Below are positions 55,169-64,000 of a stretch of 64,000 nt of DNA, piece after piece. Within the stretch, counting starts at the first letter, position 1. Every line of letters starts with the position of its first letter. A program made the position numbers and the translations under genes. The DNA is taken from NCBI GenBank assembly GCA_910578325.1, contig CAJTQT010000004.1:60581-124580 (forward strand). Reading direction: 5' to 3'. Under the pieces are notes generated by a model, which had not been told where the DNA came from, made no database searches, and saw only the letters and a list, made by a program, of their open reading frames with translations. Origin of the DNA: an uncultured Christensenella sp. (GTDB taxonomy: Bacteria > Bacillota > Clostridia > Christensenellales > CAG-917).

Positions 55169-56446
55169 TTATGATTTTTTAGCGAGCGCGCTTTCCAGCA
55201 ACGCGATATTTATACTCGTCACAAGCACATCGACTGCAAAATCCATTTCTTCGACGGACGGCACCGACGGCGCAATACGGATATTTGTATTGTCCTTATC
55301 CGTCATATGCGGATACGTCGCTCCCGCCGCCGTAAACTTGACTCCCGCCTCCGACGCAAGCGCGACAACGCGTTTTGCCACCCCGCGAACGTCGAGCGAA
55401 ATAAAGTATCCCCCTCTCGGTCTGCTCCATTTTACGTCGTCGCAATCGCCGAATGCGTCTGCGAGTTTACGTTCGAAAAGTTCGAACTTCGGACGCAGTA
55501 TCCGCGCGTGCTTTGCCATTACGGTCTTTATATTTTCAACGTCTCTGAGAAACGCTACGTGCATAACCTGATTTACTTTGTTTGGATTGATTTGCTTGAA
55601 AAACATCTTTTTAAGCAAGTCTTCCACATTGCGTCTGCTCGCCGCTATCGCAGATACTCCGCTGCCCGCAAACGTGATTTTGGAAGTGGACGCCAACTCG
55701 TAAACCATATCCTCTTTTCCTGCCGCCTTAGCGACGTCGAAGATGTTTTTAAGATTGTTTTCTTCCTCGTACAACCCATGGACAATATACGCGTTGTCCC
55801 AGAAAATTCTGAAATCGCGCGCAAGCGGATTGAGTCTTCCCATTCTCTCCACTGTTTCGTCGCTATAAACAATTCCCGTAGGATTCGAATACTTCGGCAC
55901 GCACCAGATTCCCTTTATGCTTTCATCTCCCGCAACGAGTTTTTCTACCTCGTCCATATCGGGACCGCTTTCAAGCATCGGCACGGTTATCATCTCTATA
56001 CCGAAGTTGGCGCAGATAGAAAAATGCCTGTCATAACCGGGTGAAGGGCACAGAAATTTGACTTTATCGAGTTTATTCCACGGCTTGCCGTCAAGCACGC
56101 CGAACTGCATTGCAAACTGTACGAGATTGTACATAATATCAAGCGAACTGCCGTCGCATACGATGACCTCGTCAGATTGAACCTCAAACAAATCCGCGAA
56201 CAACTTTCTTGCGGATTTTATTCCGGCAGGTTCACCGTAATTTCTTGCGTCGCCCATATCGGTGGTATAATCGTACGTCGCCGCGTTTTTCAGCATCGGC
56301 ATAGCGATTTCAAGTTGTTCTTTAGACGGTCTGCCGCGCGTCATATCGACGTTTACGTCCTTGCCGCGCAACTCCACGTATTTTTCAGTTTCGAGGCGCA
56401 ACGCCTCTTGTAATTGCGGTACGGATAAATTTTCGTATCTGTTCAT
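55169..56446 (-). CDS. PLP-dependent aminotransferase (class I/II fold, putative aspartate-type)
   Basis: 425 aa with VDMTRGRPSKEQL, an SKITFAGSG-type lysine region and RGGYF. The family is recognised only at fold level. Confidence 0.8.
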   Translation of the reverse strand: MNRYENLSVPQLQEALRLETEKYVELRGKDVNVDMTRGRPSKEQLEIAMPMLKNAATYDYTTDMGDARNYGEPAGIKSARKLFADLFEVQSDEVIVCDGSSLDIMYNLVQFAMQFGVLDGKPWNKLDKVKFLCPSPGYDRHFSICANFGIEMITVPMLESGPDMDEVEKLVAGDESIKGIWCVPKYSNPTGIVYSDETVERMGRLNPLARDFRIFWDNAYIVHGLYEEENNLKNIFDVAKAAGKEDMVYELASTSKITFAGSGVSAIAASRRNVEDLLKKMFFKQINPNKVNQVMHVAFLRDVENIKTVMAKHARILRPKFELFERKLADAFGDCDDVKWSRPRGGYFISLDVRGVAKRVVALASEAGVKFTAAGATYPHMTDKDNTNIRIAPSVPSVEEMDFAVDVLVTSINIALLESALAKKS

Positions 56447-56513
56447 AAACTGCCTCGTATCTTTTTGTGCTTATACTTTATTATAGTGTTTTTCTCCCGT
56501 CGGTGTCCGCGCT

Positions 56514-57821
56514 TTATTCGTTATTCGCTCTGATTGCAAGCCTTATAGGCGTACCTGAAAAATCAAAACTCTTTCTCAACGCGTTTTCCAGATATCTCTT
56601 GTAACTGAAATGCATAATAGACGGCTCGTTGACTTTGACGACGAAAGTAGGCGGGGTTACGCTGACCTGCGTGACAAAATATATTTTGAGCCGCTTGCCG
56701 AGATAAGACGGCGGCTCGCTTATTCTTATAGCCTCCCCCACAACCTCATTGAGCAGTCCGGTGGGTATTCTGCGCCTGCTGTTTGCCACGACTTCGTCGC
56801 AAAGCGGAAGCAGATTGTCAAGCCGCTTCCCGCTCTTTGCCGAAACATACGCCGACTTGAAATAATTCATATATTTCAAATCCTCTTTGAGTTTATTCTC
56901 AAAAAAGTTTATAGTGTGGGTATCCTTTTCAACCAGATCCCATTTATTCATTACGATAATAGACGGTTTGCCTTCTTCGTGGATAAATCCTGCGATTTTA
57001 ACGTCCTGCTCCGTGAAACCCTCGTTAGCATCGCAAACCATCAGCACGACGTCCGCGCGCCTTATTGCAAGCAGCGAACGCATCACCGAATAACGCTCCA
57101 AATCTTTATCCACCGCTTTTTTCTTACGCATACCCGCGGTGTCGATTATGAGATACTTTTTGTCGCCTATATTGAGTTCGGTATCTATCGCGTCCCTCGT
57201 AGTCCCCGCAATATCGCTTACGATACAGCGATCATACCCTAAAAGGCGGTTTGTAATCGAACTCTTTCCCGCGTTCGGTTTCCCGACTATCGCGATTTTT
57301 ATACGTTCCGAATCCTCTTTAGCTACACTGACGGGAATGACCTCCATCAATGCGTCGAGAAGGTCGCCTATGCCCTTACCCTGCTCCGCGCTAACCGCAT
57401 ACGGTTCGCCGAAGCCCAGCGCATAGAAATCATATACGCTATCCATAAAATTGTTGTCGATTTTGTTTACCGCAAGCACTATGGGCAATCCCGACTTACG
57501 CAGAAACGAACACACAAGATTATCGTCCGTAGTCAATCCCGTCTTTCCGTCAACGACGTAAAGTATCGCGTCGGCAGTTTCCACGGCGATTTCCGCCTGC
57601 GTGCGTATATGCGTCCACATCTCGTCTTCGCTTTTGAGTTCGAGTCCGCCGGTATCTATCAGCGTAAATGCCCTGCCGCACCACTCGCAATCGGCATAAA
57701 TACGGTCGCGAGTGACTCCGGGCGTATCCTCTACTATGGCAATTCTGTTGCCTGCAATTCTGTTAAACAGCGTAGACTTGCCCACGTTCGGGCGTCCTAC
57801 GACCGCTATCAAAGGTTTCAT
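56514..57821 (-). CDS. der: ribosome-biogenesis GTPase Der (EngA)
   Basis: Two tandem G domains (GRPNVGKST; GKPNAGKSS) and a KH-like C-domain. Confidence 0.95.
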   Translation of the reverse strand: MKPLIAVVGRPNVGKSTLFNRIAGNRIAIVEDTPGVTRDRIYADCEWCGRAFTLIDTGGLELKSEDEMWTHIRTQAEIAVETADAILYVVDGKTGLTTDDNLVCSFLRKSGLPIVLAVNKIDNNFMDSVYDFYALGFGEPYAVSAEQGKGIGDLLDALMEVIPVSVAKEDSERIKIAIVGKPNAGKSSITNRLLGYDRCIVSDIAGTTRDAIDTELNIGDKKYLIIDTAGMRKKKAVDKDLERYSVMRSLLAIRRADVVLMVCDANEGFTEQDVKIAGFIHEEGKPSIIVMNKWDLVEKDTHTINFFENKLKEDLKYMNYFKSAYVSAKSGKRLDNLLPLCDEVVANSRRRIPTGLLNEVVGEAIRISEPPSYLGKRLKIYFVTQVSVTPPTFVVKVNEPSIMHFSYKRYLENALRKSFDFSGTPIRLAIRANNE

Positions 57822-57884
57822 ATATCTCTTCTCCGTTTCCCGAAACGTTCTTTCTGTCGCTTCGGTATATAGTATAAAAGCCCG

Positions 57885-59153
57885 TCAGGCTTCGGTTTTG
57901 AAATGTTCCGCTATAACAGCCGCAAATCCGTTGCCGCTGTGAGGCACGACTATTATCGGTGCGCCGAGCGCGTCTTCCACGTCTTTTACCGTTTTGTTGT
58001 CCAAAAACGTATCCGTAAATTCCCTGAGCATATTGTCGGGTATAACATAAGCGTCAGCACCCCTCTCCGTCTGCGCCACTATATCCGTCGCGGTAAGCAA
58101 CCCCGCAACGGTTACGCTGTGACCGAAATAATCGTTTACGACAGCATTGACCTTGCATCTTATGCCCAGTTTGTCTTCCAACGCAGGCAGATACTCTTCC
58201 AGAATAGTCGCAAACGATACACCCGTAATCATATCCACTCGCTTGTCGAGTTTTACGGCAGACGTCTCTTCCAGCGAGTACAGAAAATTCTCCTTGAACT
58301 CCGCAAGCATACCGACGCCGTTCTCTATCTGGTTAAATGCGCCGTAATATCCATATTCGCCAACAGGTATATTCGCCTTCACGTAATACTCGTCGCTGCA
58401 CCAGCAGAATCCGTCCAACTCGGCGTGGAGTTTCTCCACCATAGCGACCGTTTGCCGCGCGTTATTCTCGTCAACGGGCGTAAGTTCGGCAAGTTCGGCG
58501 CGGTGCCGCGTCATCCCGACAGGCACTACCGCCACCGACAGTACTCCCTCCATCGCCTTTAATCCGCGAATGCTGTCTTCGAGCACTTTCCCGTCGTTGA
58601 TATTCGGAACTACGACGAGTTGGGTATGCATTTTTATTCCGTTTTCGCCCAGCCGTTTCATATAATCGCGGAGTTTGAGCGTATTAGGATTTTTCAGCAT
58701 AAACTTCCGCACTTCGTCATCAAGCGCGTGCACGGATATGTACAGCGGACTGAGTCTGAGTCGGATTATCCTATCTATATCCGCGTCCGTTACGTTTGTA
58801 AGCGTAACGTAACTTCCGCTTATAAAACTGAATCTGTAATCGTCGTCCTTTACGTAAAGGCTTTCGCGCATACCTCTCGGCAACTGGTCGACAAAGCAGA
58901 AAATGCAATGATTTTTGCAAACGGCGGGTTTGATTTCCCAGTCGAATTCCAGACCGAGAGGTTCGGTTTTATTGACCTTTACGGTTTTGATTTTTTTTCC
59001 GCGTGAAAGCACTACGTCAAATTCGCTTTCATTGTCGTAAAAAAGATAGTCGAGTTCGTCCACAACGTCGTATCCGCCCATTTTCAGGACGTCGTCGCCA
59101 ACTTTGAAACCGAGCCTCTTTGCTGTTTTGGATAAACCGGTAATCTTCGGCAT
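57885..59153 (-). CDS. DUF512 radical-SAM-like protein with N-terminal PDZ-like domain
   Basis: CKNHCIFCFVDQLP and YVKDDDYRFSF. The likely start is MPKITGL (ATG 59153), which removes the overlap with the upstream gene. Confidence 0.85.
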   Translation of the reverse strand: MPKITGLSKTAKRLGFKVGDDVLKMGGYDVVDELDYLFYDNESEFDVVLSRGKKIKTVKVNKTEPLGLEFDWEIKPAVCKNHCIFCFVDQLPRGMRESLYVKDDDYRFSFISGSYVTLTNVTDADIDRIIRLRLSPLYISVHALDDEVRKFMLKNPNTLKLRDYMKRLGENGIKMHTQLVVVPNINDGKVLEDSIRGLKAMEGVLSVAVVPVGMTRHRAELAELTPVDENNARQTVAMVEKLHAELDGFCWCSDEYYVKANIPVGEYGYYGAFNQIENGVGMLAEFKENFLYSLEETSAVKLDKRVDMITGVSFATILEEYLPALEDKLGIRCKVNAVVNDYFGHSVTVAGLLTATDIVAQTERGADAYVIPDNMLREFTDTFLDNKTVKDVEDALGAPIIVVPHSGNGFAAVIAEHFKTEA

Positions 59154-59164
59154 AACATCCCCCG

Positions 59165-60253
59165 TCACATCGCTATATACGACACGAGAAAGTTCGCGAT
59201 ATTTTCGATAGAATTCATCTGAACCCATTCCCGTCCGTTAGCACCTATTTCGGAAGCGAGAGGAGTCTGCAAAAGTTTGTATTCTAGCGCGATGATATCG
59301 ATATCCTCTTTCGCTCTTGCGCACAGCCCGTGCCCGACAAGGAACTGAACCTCGTTTGCTGAGTGTTCATCCTGCGTATACACTATAGGCGGAATGCCCA
59401 GTTTAAAACACTTGTATATCACAGAAACGTCGAAATCGGTTATCGCAAGTTCGCATACGGAAAGGTATTCGTCCACCTTGTCCTGCGTCTGAACGAATAT
59501 GACGGTAACGTCGGGAACGCGCAACGACATTGCGCTCAGCCCCTGCATAACTTTCTGATTGTTGCAATACACGACAAGACTGGCTATATTTCCTTGGTCG
59601 AGCAAAAGCGAAAACACGTTTTCAAGCGTCTTTCCGCTCGTGATATTTACGTATACGGTCTTTGTTCTGGGCAAGCCGAGTTCCTGTTTCGCATAAGCGA
59701 TATCCTCTTCGCTAAGCCTCACGATATCGTATGGGAATCCCATCGTCATAACATCTTTAGACCTTATTCCCGTACGTACCAAATCGGCTTTCATATCCGC
59801 GTTTTCCACAATGAATACACTTGTGATGTCGTCGAGTTTGCGTTTAGGAACGGTGAAAGTCGGCACCATATAAACTATGTGAGTATCAAATTTGAGTCTG
59901 CGTTTGGCATCTACCGCGCAATGGTGCGCATAAGGCGTAAGACACAGAATATACTCGGGATGAAAACGTCTGAGCATATTCTTTATGCGGTTTACTCTCT
60001 TCGAAAACTTGCGCGGCATAAGCCTGTCGCGAATAACGCCTCTGTCCTTGCGTTCAAGCAGATACTGATATTCGCTGCCGCTGTCCATAAGTCTGTCAAG
60101 CGCGGAGCGTCTTGTAACCGCCCCATATTTGTCGTCGCTCATAACAACCGCGTTATGAGTTCCCACCTTTTTTATAGCGTCGGCTAACCGCGCGGACATA
60201 TTGCCCGCCTCGTCTTTGGACGTCATTATCAAAATTATCGGCTTTCTTTTCAT
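59165..60253 (-). CDS. divergent GT-B glycosyltransferase-like protein (MGDG-synthase/UgtP-like, tentative)
   Basis: 362 aa. The C-half pattern ELAITDFDVSVIYKCFKLGIPPIVYTQDEHSANEVQFLVGHGL resembles the GT28 donor-binding region, but the usual glycine-rich motifs are replaced. Confidence 0.55.
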   Translation of the reverse strand: MKRKPIILIMTSKDEAGNMSARLADAIKKVGTHNAVVMSDDKYGAVTRRSALDRLMDSGSEYQYLLERKDRGVIRDRLMPRKFSKRVNRIKNMLRRFHPEYILCLTPYAHHCAVDAKRRLKFDTHIVYMVPTFTVPKRKLDDITSVFIVENADMKADLVRTGIRSKDVMTMGFPYDIVRLSEEDIAYAKQELGLPRTKTVYVNITSGKTLENVFSLLLDQGNIASLVVYCNNQKVMQGLSAMSLRVPDVTVIFVQTQDKVDEYLSVCELAITDFDVSVIYKCFKLGIPPIVYTQDEHSANEVQFLVGHGLCARAKEDIDIIALEYKLLQTPLASEIGANGREWVQMNSIENIANFLVSYIAM

Positions 60254-60276
60254 ATTCTCTCCGCCCCCGTGCGACG

Positions 60277-61920
60277 TCAGTCTTTAACTATCACGGGTAT
60301 GATTATCGGGAACTGCCTGTCGCGGTAAAAGAGTTTTCGCACGCTCTTTTTGACGTTGCGAGCATACTCGTCAATATTCGCCTTGTCCATATCCGCATTG
60401 CCTATTCCCTCGAACACCGCGTTTTTAATGGATTTTTCCACGTCGTCCGTAAGGTTGAAACCTCTTGCTACAATATCCACGTCTCCGACGACTTTACCGC
60501 TTTCGAGATTGACCGCGGCAAGCACTATAAGCATACCGTACTCGGCAAGCGACCGTCTGTCGTTGACAACGCTCTGACCGTCTTCGAGCACCACTCCGTC
60601 CACGTAGATATTTCCCGCCGACACGTTGCAGTGCTTACGTATACCTTTTGAAGTCACGCCATAACTTTCGCCCAGATTCGGAATAACGATATTTTTGGAA
60701 CAGACGCCTATGGCTTTTGCTATTTCCGCGTGCTTGTACTGATGTCTGTACTCTCCGTGCACGGGCATAAAAAACTGCGGATGCACAAGAGAAAGCATAA
60801 GTTTAAGTTCCTCTTCATAAGCGTGTCCCGAAACGTGAATATCGTTCATACTGTCATAAATAACGTCCGCGCCTTTTCTGAACAAATCGTTGATGACGTC
60901 GTAAACCGATTTTTCGTTGCCGGGAATCGGGCAGGAACTTAGCACCACCAAATCGTCAGGACCTACGTTAATTTTGTTAAACTCGCCCTTCGACATCTTT
61001 TTAAGCGCAGAAAGCGGCTCGCCCTGCGAACCCGTCGCAAGCACCAGCGTTTCGGACGGAAGCAGTTTGCCTACGCCGTCAACGATAACGCCTTTGGGGA
61101 CGTGCAGTTCCCCGCAAGAAGACGCAACTTCTACAATAGCCTTCATACTCTTGCCTGCGAGCACCACTTTTCTGTTGTACTTGTGTGCCAGCGTAAGAAT
61201 CTGCTGGACGCGGTAGTTCGAAGACGCGAAACAGGCTATTATAAGCCTCTTTTGCGTGTTTGCAAGAAATATGTTTTCCAGACTCTGTCCCACGACCTTT
61301 TCCGACGTGGAACTTCCCTTTCGCTCTACGTTTGTAGATTCCCCGAGCATAAGCAAAACACCCTTGGCTCCTATCTCGGCTATGCGTTGCACGTCCGTCT
61401 TTTTGCCGTCGATGGGAGTGTTGTCCATCTTAAAGTCTCCCGTCACGAACACCGTGCCCGCCGCCGTCGTAATCGCCAGAGCGCACGCTCCTCCCATAGA
61501 ATGAACAACCTTTATAAACTCCGCCTTCATATCTCCCAGCGTCACGGTGTCTCCCGCAGAAACCACGTTGAGTTTGCACTTTTTAGCGTTTTTTTCCAAC
61601 TTGCGTTTGAGCAGTCCGATTGTGAGCGACGTGCCGTAAATAGGAGTGTCCTTAAAGAGTTCCGCATAATAAGGAATCGCCCCGATATGGTCCTCGTGAC
61701 CATGCGTAAGCAGGATTCCTCTAAGTTTTTTCATATTCTGTTTGATGTAAGTCACGTCAGGAATGATTGCGTCTATTCCGGGGCTTGCCTCGTCGCCGAA
61801 CGCGACTCCGCAGTCAACGATGACAATATCGTTGCCGCACTCGATTGCCGTCATATTTTTGCCGATTTCTCCGACTCCGCCGAGAAACGTGACGGTTGCT
61901 TTTTGCTGTCCTTTAGCCAT
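60277..61920 (-). CDS. rnj: ribonuclease J
   Basis: MBL motif THGHEDHIG, a beta-CASP domain and a C-terminal domain. 547 aa. Confidence 0.93.
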   Translation of the reverse strand: MAKGQQKATVTFLGGVGEIGKNMTAIECGNDIVIVDCGVAFGDEASPGIDAIIPDVTYIKQNMKKLRGILLTHGHEDHIGAIPYYAELFKDTPIYGTSLTIGLLKRKLEKNAKKCKLNVVSAGDTVTLGDMKAEFIKVVHSMGGACALAITTAAGTVFVTGDFKMDNTPIDGKKTDVQRIAEIGAKGVLLMLGESTNVERKGSSTSEKVVGQSLENIFLANTQKRLIIACFASSNYRVQQILTLAHKYNRKVVLAGKSMKAIVEVASSCGELHVPKGVIVDGVGKLLPSETLVLATGSQGEPLSALKKMSKGEFNKINVGPDDLVVLSSCPIPGNEKSVYDVINDLFRKGADVIYDSMNDIHVSGHAYEEELKLMLSLVHPQFFMPVHGEYRHQYKHAEIAKAIGVCSKNIVIPNLGESYGVTSKGIRKHCNVSAGNIYVDGVVLEDGQSVVNDRRSLAEYGMLIVLAAVNLESGKVVGDVDIVARGFNLTDDVEKSIKNAVFEGIGNADMDKANIDEYARNVKKSVRKLFYRDRQFPIIIPVIVKD

Positions 61921-62121
61921 AATATCTCCACGCGCAGCGCGTGCGCTTGCGCTTTATTACTAATAATCAATTTAGTATACACTATTTTTATCCGACAGGC
62001 AAGGATTTAAACTATATACAAATCGCCAGTATCTATCGCAAAATAATTGCAGATTTCGCAACAAATTGCACATATTTCAGGAGTTCGGGACAAAATTACA
62101 ACATTTTTCTACATTATTCGC

Positions 62122-62150
62122 TTTACAAACTCAAAAAGCGTATATATACT
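62122..62150 (+). promoter_or_regulatory. candidate sigma-A promoter of serC-serA
   Basis: TTTACA, 17 nt, TATACT, about 50 nt upstream of the ATG at 62202. Confidence 0.4.
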
Positions 62151-62201
62151 GTGTTAAAAAAATTTTATCGACAGAGATTTTTTTACGCAAGGAGGTGCAA
62201 A

Positions 62202-63278
62202 ATGAGAGTTTACAATTTTGCCGCCGGTCCGTCTATGCTCCCCGAGGAAGTGCTCATAGAAGCGGGTAAAAGCATAACCGACTATCTGGGCAGCGGAATG
62301 AGCGTAATGGAGATGAGCCACCGTTCCAAATGGTATGAGGACATCAACGAAGAGTGCCGCAGTCTGGTTTGCGAACTTATGAACGTTCCCGACGGATACG
62401 AGGTTATTTTCGTACAGGGCGGAGCGTCGACTCAATTCGAAGCGGTTCCCTTGAATCTGATGCACACGGGCAAAGCCGATTATATCGTCACGGGCAACTT
62501 CGCAAAAAAAGCGTATAAAGAGGCGCAAAAATACGGAGACGTTAAACTCGTCGCTTCTTCCGAAGATAAAAACTTTACGTATATCCCCAAAACCACCGCG
62601 TTAGATTTCAGAAAAGACGCAAGTTACGTGCATATCACCCAAAACAATACAATCTTCGGACTCAAATACGAAAAACTTCCCGACACCGGAGAAATTCCGA
62701 TTGTTTCGGATATGTCAAGTTGCATAATGAGCGAGGTGACAGACGTCCGTAACTACGGGCTCATATATGCGGGAGCGCAAAAAAATCTCGCGCCTGCGGG
62801 AGTCACGCTCGTAATTGTGCGCAAAGATTTGCTCGGACGCGAATCGGCGCTGTGCCCGACAATGCTCAAATACCGCACACAAACGGAAGCGCGCAGTCTT
62901 TACAACACTCCGCCCTGCTGGTCCGTATATATGATGATGCTCAACCTACGCCACCTCAAATCGCGCGGAGGAATTGCCGAGATAGAAAAAGTAAACAGGC
63001 GCAAAGCGGTTTTACTGTACGACTTTATCGACGGTTCGGATTTTTACAGCAACAAGGTTGAAAAAGAGAGCCGTTCTATTATGAACGTACCTTTCACAAC
63101 TCCGAACGCGCAACTCGACGCCAAATTCGTAAAAGAAGCGGAACAAGACGGGCTTGTTTCCCTCAAAGGGCACAGACTCGTCGGAGGTATGCGCGCTTCG
63201 ATTTATAACGCAATGCCTGAAGAAGGCGTAAAATCGCTGATTGAATTTATGAAAGCATTCGAGAGGGAAAACAGATGA
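62202..63278 (+). CDS. serC: phosphoserine aminotransferase
   Basis: MRVYNFAAGPSMLPEEVL, MEMSHRS, GAQKNLAPAG and GGMRASIYNA. SD AGGAGG. The track ORF start at 61941 is an upstream overextension. Confidence 0.93.
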   Translation: MRVYNFAAGPSMLPEEVLIEAGKSITDYLGSGMSVMEMSHRSKWYEDINEECRSLVCELMNVPDGYEVIFVQGGASTQFEAVPLNLMHTGKADYIVTGNFAKKAYKEAQKYGDVKLVASSEDKNFTYIPKTTALDFRKDASYVHITQNNTIFGLKYEKLPDTGEIPIVSDMSSCIMSEVTDVRNYGLIYAGAQKNLAPAGVTLVIVRKDLLGRESALCPTMLKYRTQTEARSLYNTPPCWSVYMMMLNLRHLKSRGGIAEIEKVNRRKAVLLYDFIDGSDFYSNKVEKESRSIMNVPFTTPNAQLDAKFVKEAEQDGLVSLKGHRLVGGMRASIYNAMPEEGVKSLIEFMKAFERENR

Positions 63279-64000
63279 ACGAAAAACAAATATTGACTCT
63301 CAATCCGATTTCCGATATTGCACAGGAAGTCCTCAACGGCTACGGTCTGTCGACTGAATGCAACCAACCGCTTGCTATACTGGTACGCAGTTTCAATATG
63401 CACAAATTCGACCTGCCTGCTTCCGTACTTGCGGTTGCACGCGCAGGAGCGGGATACAACAACATCCCTTATTCCGATTATGCGCTTAAAGGCATATGCG
63501 TATTTAACACCCCAGGAGCAAACGCCAACGGCGTAAAGGAACTTGTGCTTGCAAGCCTGTTGCTTGCATCAAGAAATATAATCCCTGCAACCGAATGGAC
63601 GAAAACTTTGCATAACAACGTTGCCAAACAGGTTGAAAAAGGCAAAAACGCGTTTGCTGGCACGGAAATAGCAGGCAAACGCATCTGCGTAATAGGACTG
63701 GGCGCAATAGGAAAGTCCGTAGCAAAAGCCGCTTATGCGTTGGGAATGACCGTTACCGGTTATGACAAGTACATAAGCGACAGCGCAAAAGTCAAACTGA
63801 ATTTTGTCACAGTATTCGACGACATTATATCCGCCTGTCACGAAGCGGATTACGTCACATTGCATATTCCTTGCACGGACGACACAGCAAATACCGTAAA
63901 CGATACGCTGATAGACGCAATGAAAGACGGAGTGATTCTCATCAATACAGCCAGAGCCGAACTTGCGGACATAAACGCCGTCAAACTCGGACTTAAAAAC
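63275..64000 (+). CDS. serA: D-3-phosphoglycerate dehydrogenase (2-hydroxyacid dehydrogenase family), 5' part; runs off the right edge
   Basis: Not in the track (no stop in the window). The ATG overlaps the serC stop (ATGA). Translation gives MNEKQILTLNPIS...ARAGAGYNNIP...GKRICVIGLGAIGKSVA...LHIPCT, with the NAD-binding GxGxxG. Confidence 0.85.
   Translation, partial: MNEKQILTLNPISDIAQEVLNGYGLSTECNQPLAILVRSFNMHKFDLPASVLAVARAGAGYNNIPYSDYALKGICVFNTPGANANGVKELVLASLLLASRNIIPATEWTKTLHNNVAKQVEKGKNAFAGTEIAGKRICVIGLGAIGKSVAKAAYALGMTVTGYDKYISDSAKVKLNFVTVFDDIISACHEADYVTLHIPCTDDTANTVNDTLIDAMKDGVILINTARAELADINAVKLGLKN

Noticed and set aside
61941-62201. Upstream 87 aa of track ORF 61941..63278 (serC), and 18364..18504 of the MBL hydrolase ORF
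   Set aside because: These are AT-rich intergenic read-through. SerC homology, an SD (AGGAGG) and a promoter all point to ATG 62202. The MBL extension overlaps relA.

Overview
This 64-kb window looks like a chromosomal segment of an endospore-forming Bacillota (Clostridia-like) genome. SpoIVA is present and several Firmicute synteny blocks are intact. By eye the GC content is mid-range. About 90% is densely packed housekeeping DNA, mostly on the minus strand. From left to right: efp (partial), an M24 peptidase, rny, recA, a cinA-like gene, pgsA, rimO, ftsK, an M16 peptidase, a polysaccharide deacetylase, pnp, rpsO, hemZ, an MBL hydrolase, relA, recJ, secF, secD, yajC, tgt, queA, ruvB, ruvA, ruvC, a yfbR-like gene, pgi, hpf, clpC, a fused mcsA-mcsB, galU and galE. 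A plus-strand block follows (dinB, a Na/Pi cotransporter, rdgB, a yfcE-like phosphoesterase) and ends in a five-gene tRNA cluster (Gly-Arg-His-Gln-Lys). After that come spoIVA, an aminotransferase, der, a DUF512 radical-SAM gene, rnj, serC and serA (partial). I found no CRISPR array, transposase, integrase, rRNA or recognisable defence operon. The accessory or unusual parts are listed below.

1. A visibly lower-GC islet (about 49.4-53.3 kb) sits directly after the tRNA cluster. It carries an Lsa-type ABC-F gene with a leader-peptide/terminator attenuator and two orphan genes.
2. A 64-bp duplication of the tRNA-His 3' end plus flank looks like an integration scar.
3. A beta-helix / tail-fibre-motif / collagen-like membrane protein is wedged between tgt and yajC.
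4. An orphan ABC ATPase has lost every catalytic motif except Walker A.
5. The McsA-McsB fusion has no adjacent ctsR.
6. Several small cis-elements and orphan ORFs are noted.

None of these can be shown from sequence alone to be a complete novel system, and all functional calls rest on my recognition of motifs and synteny. Many long ORFs in the track are codon-aligned antisense shadows of real genes and were rejected. The track also counts TTG/GTG as starts, so several real genes begin downstream of the listed ORF start.
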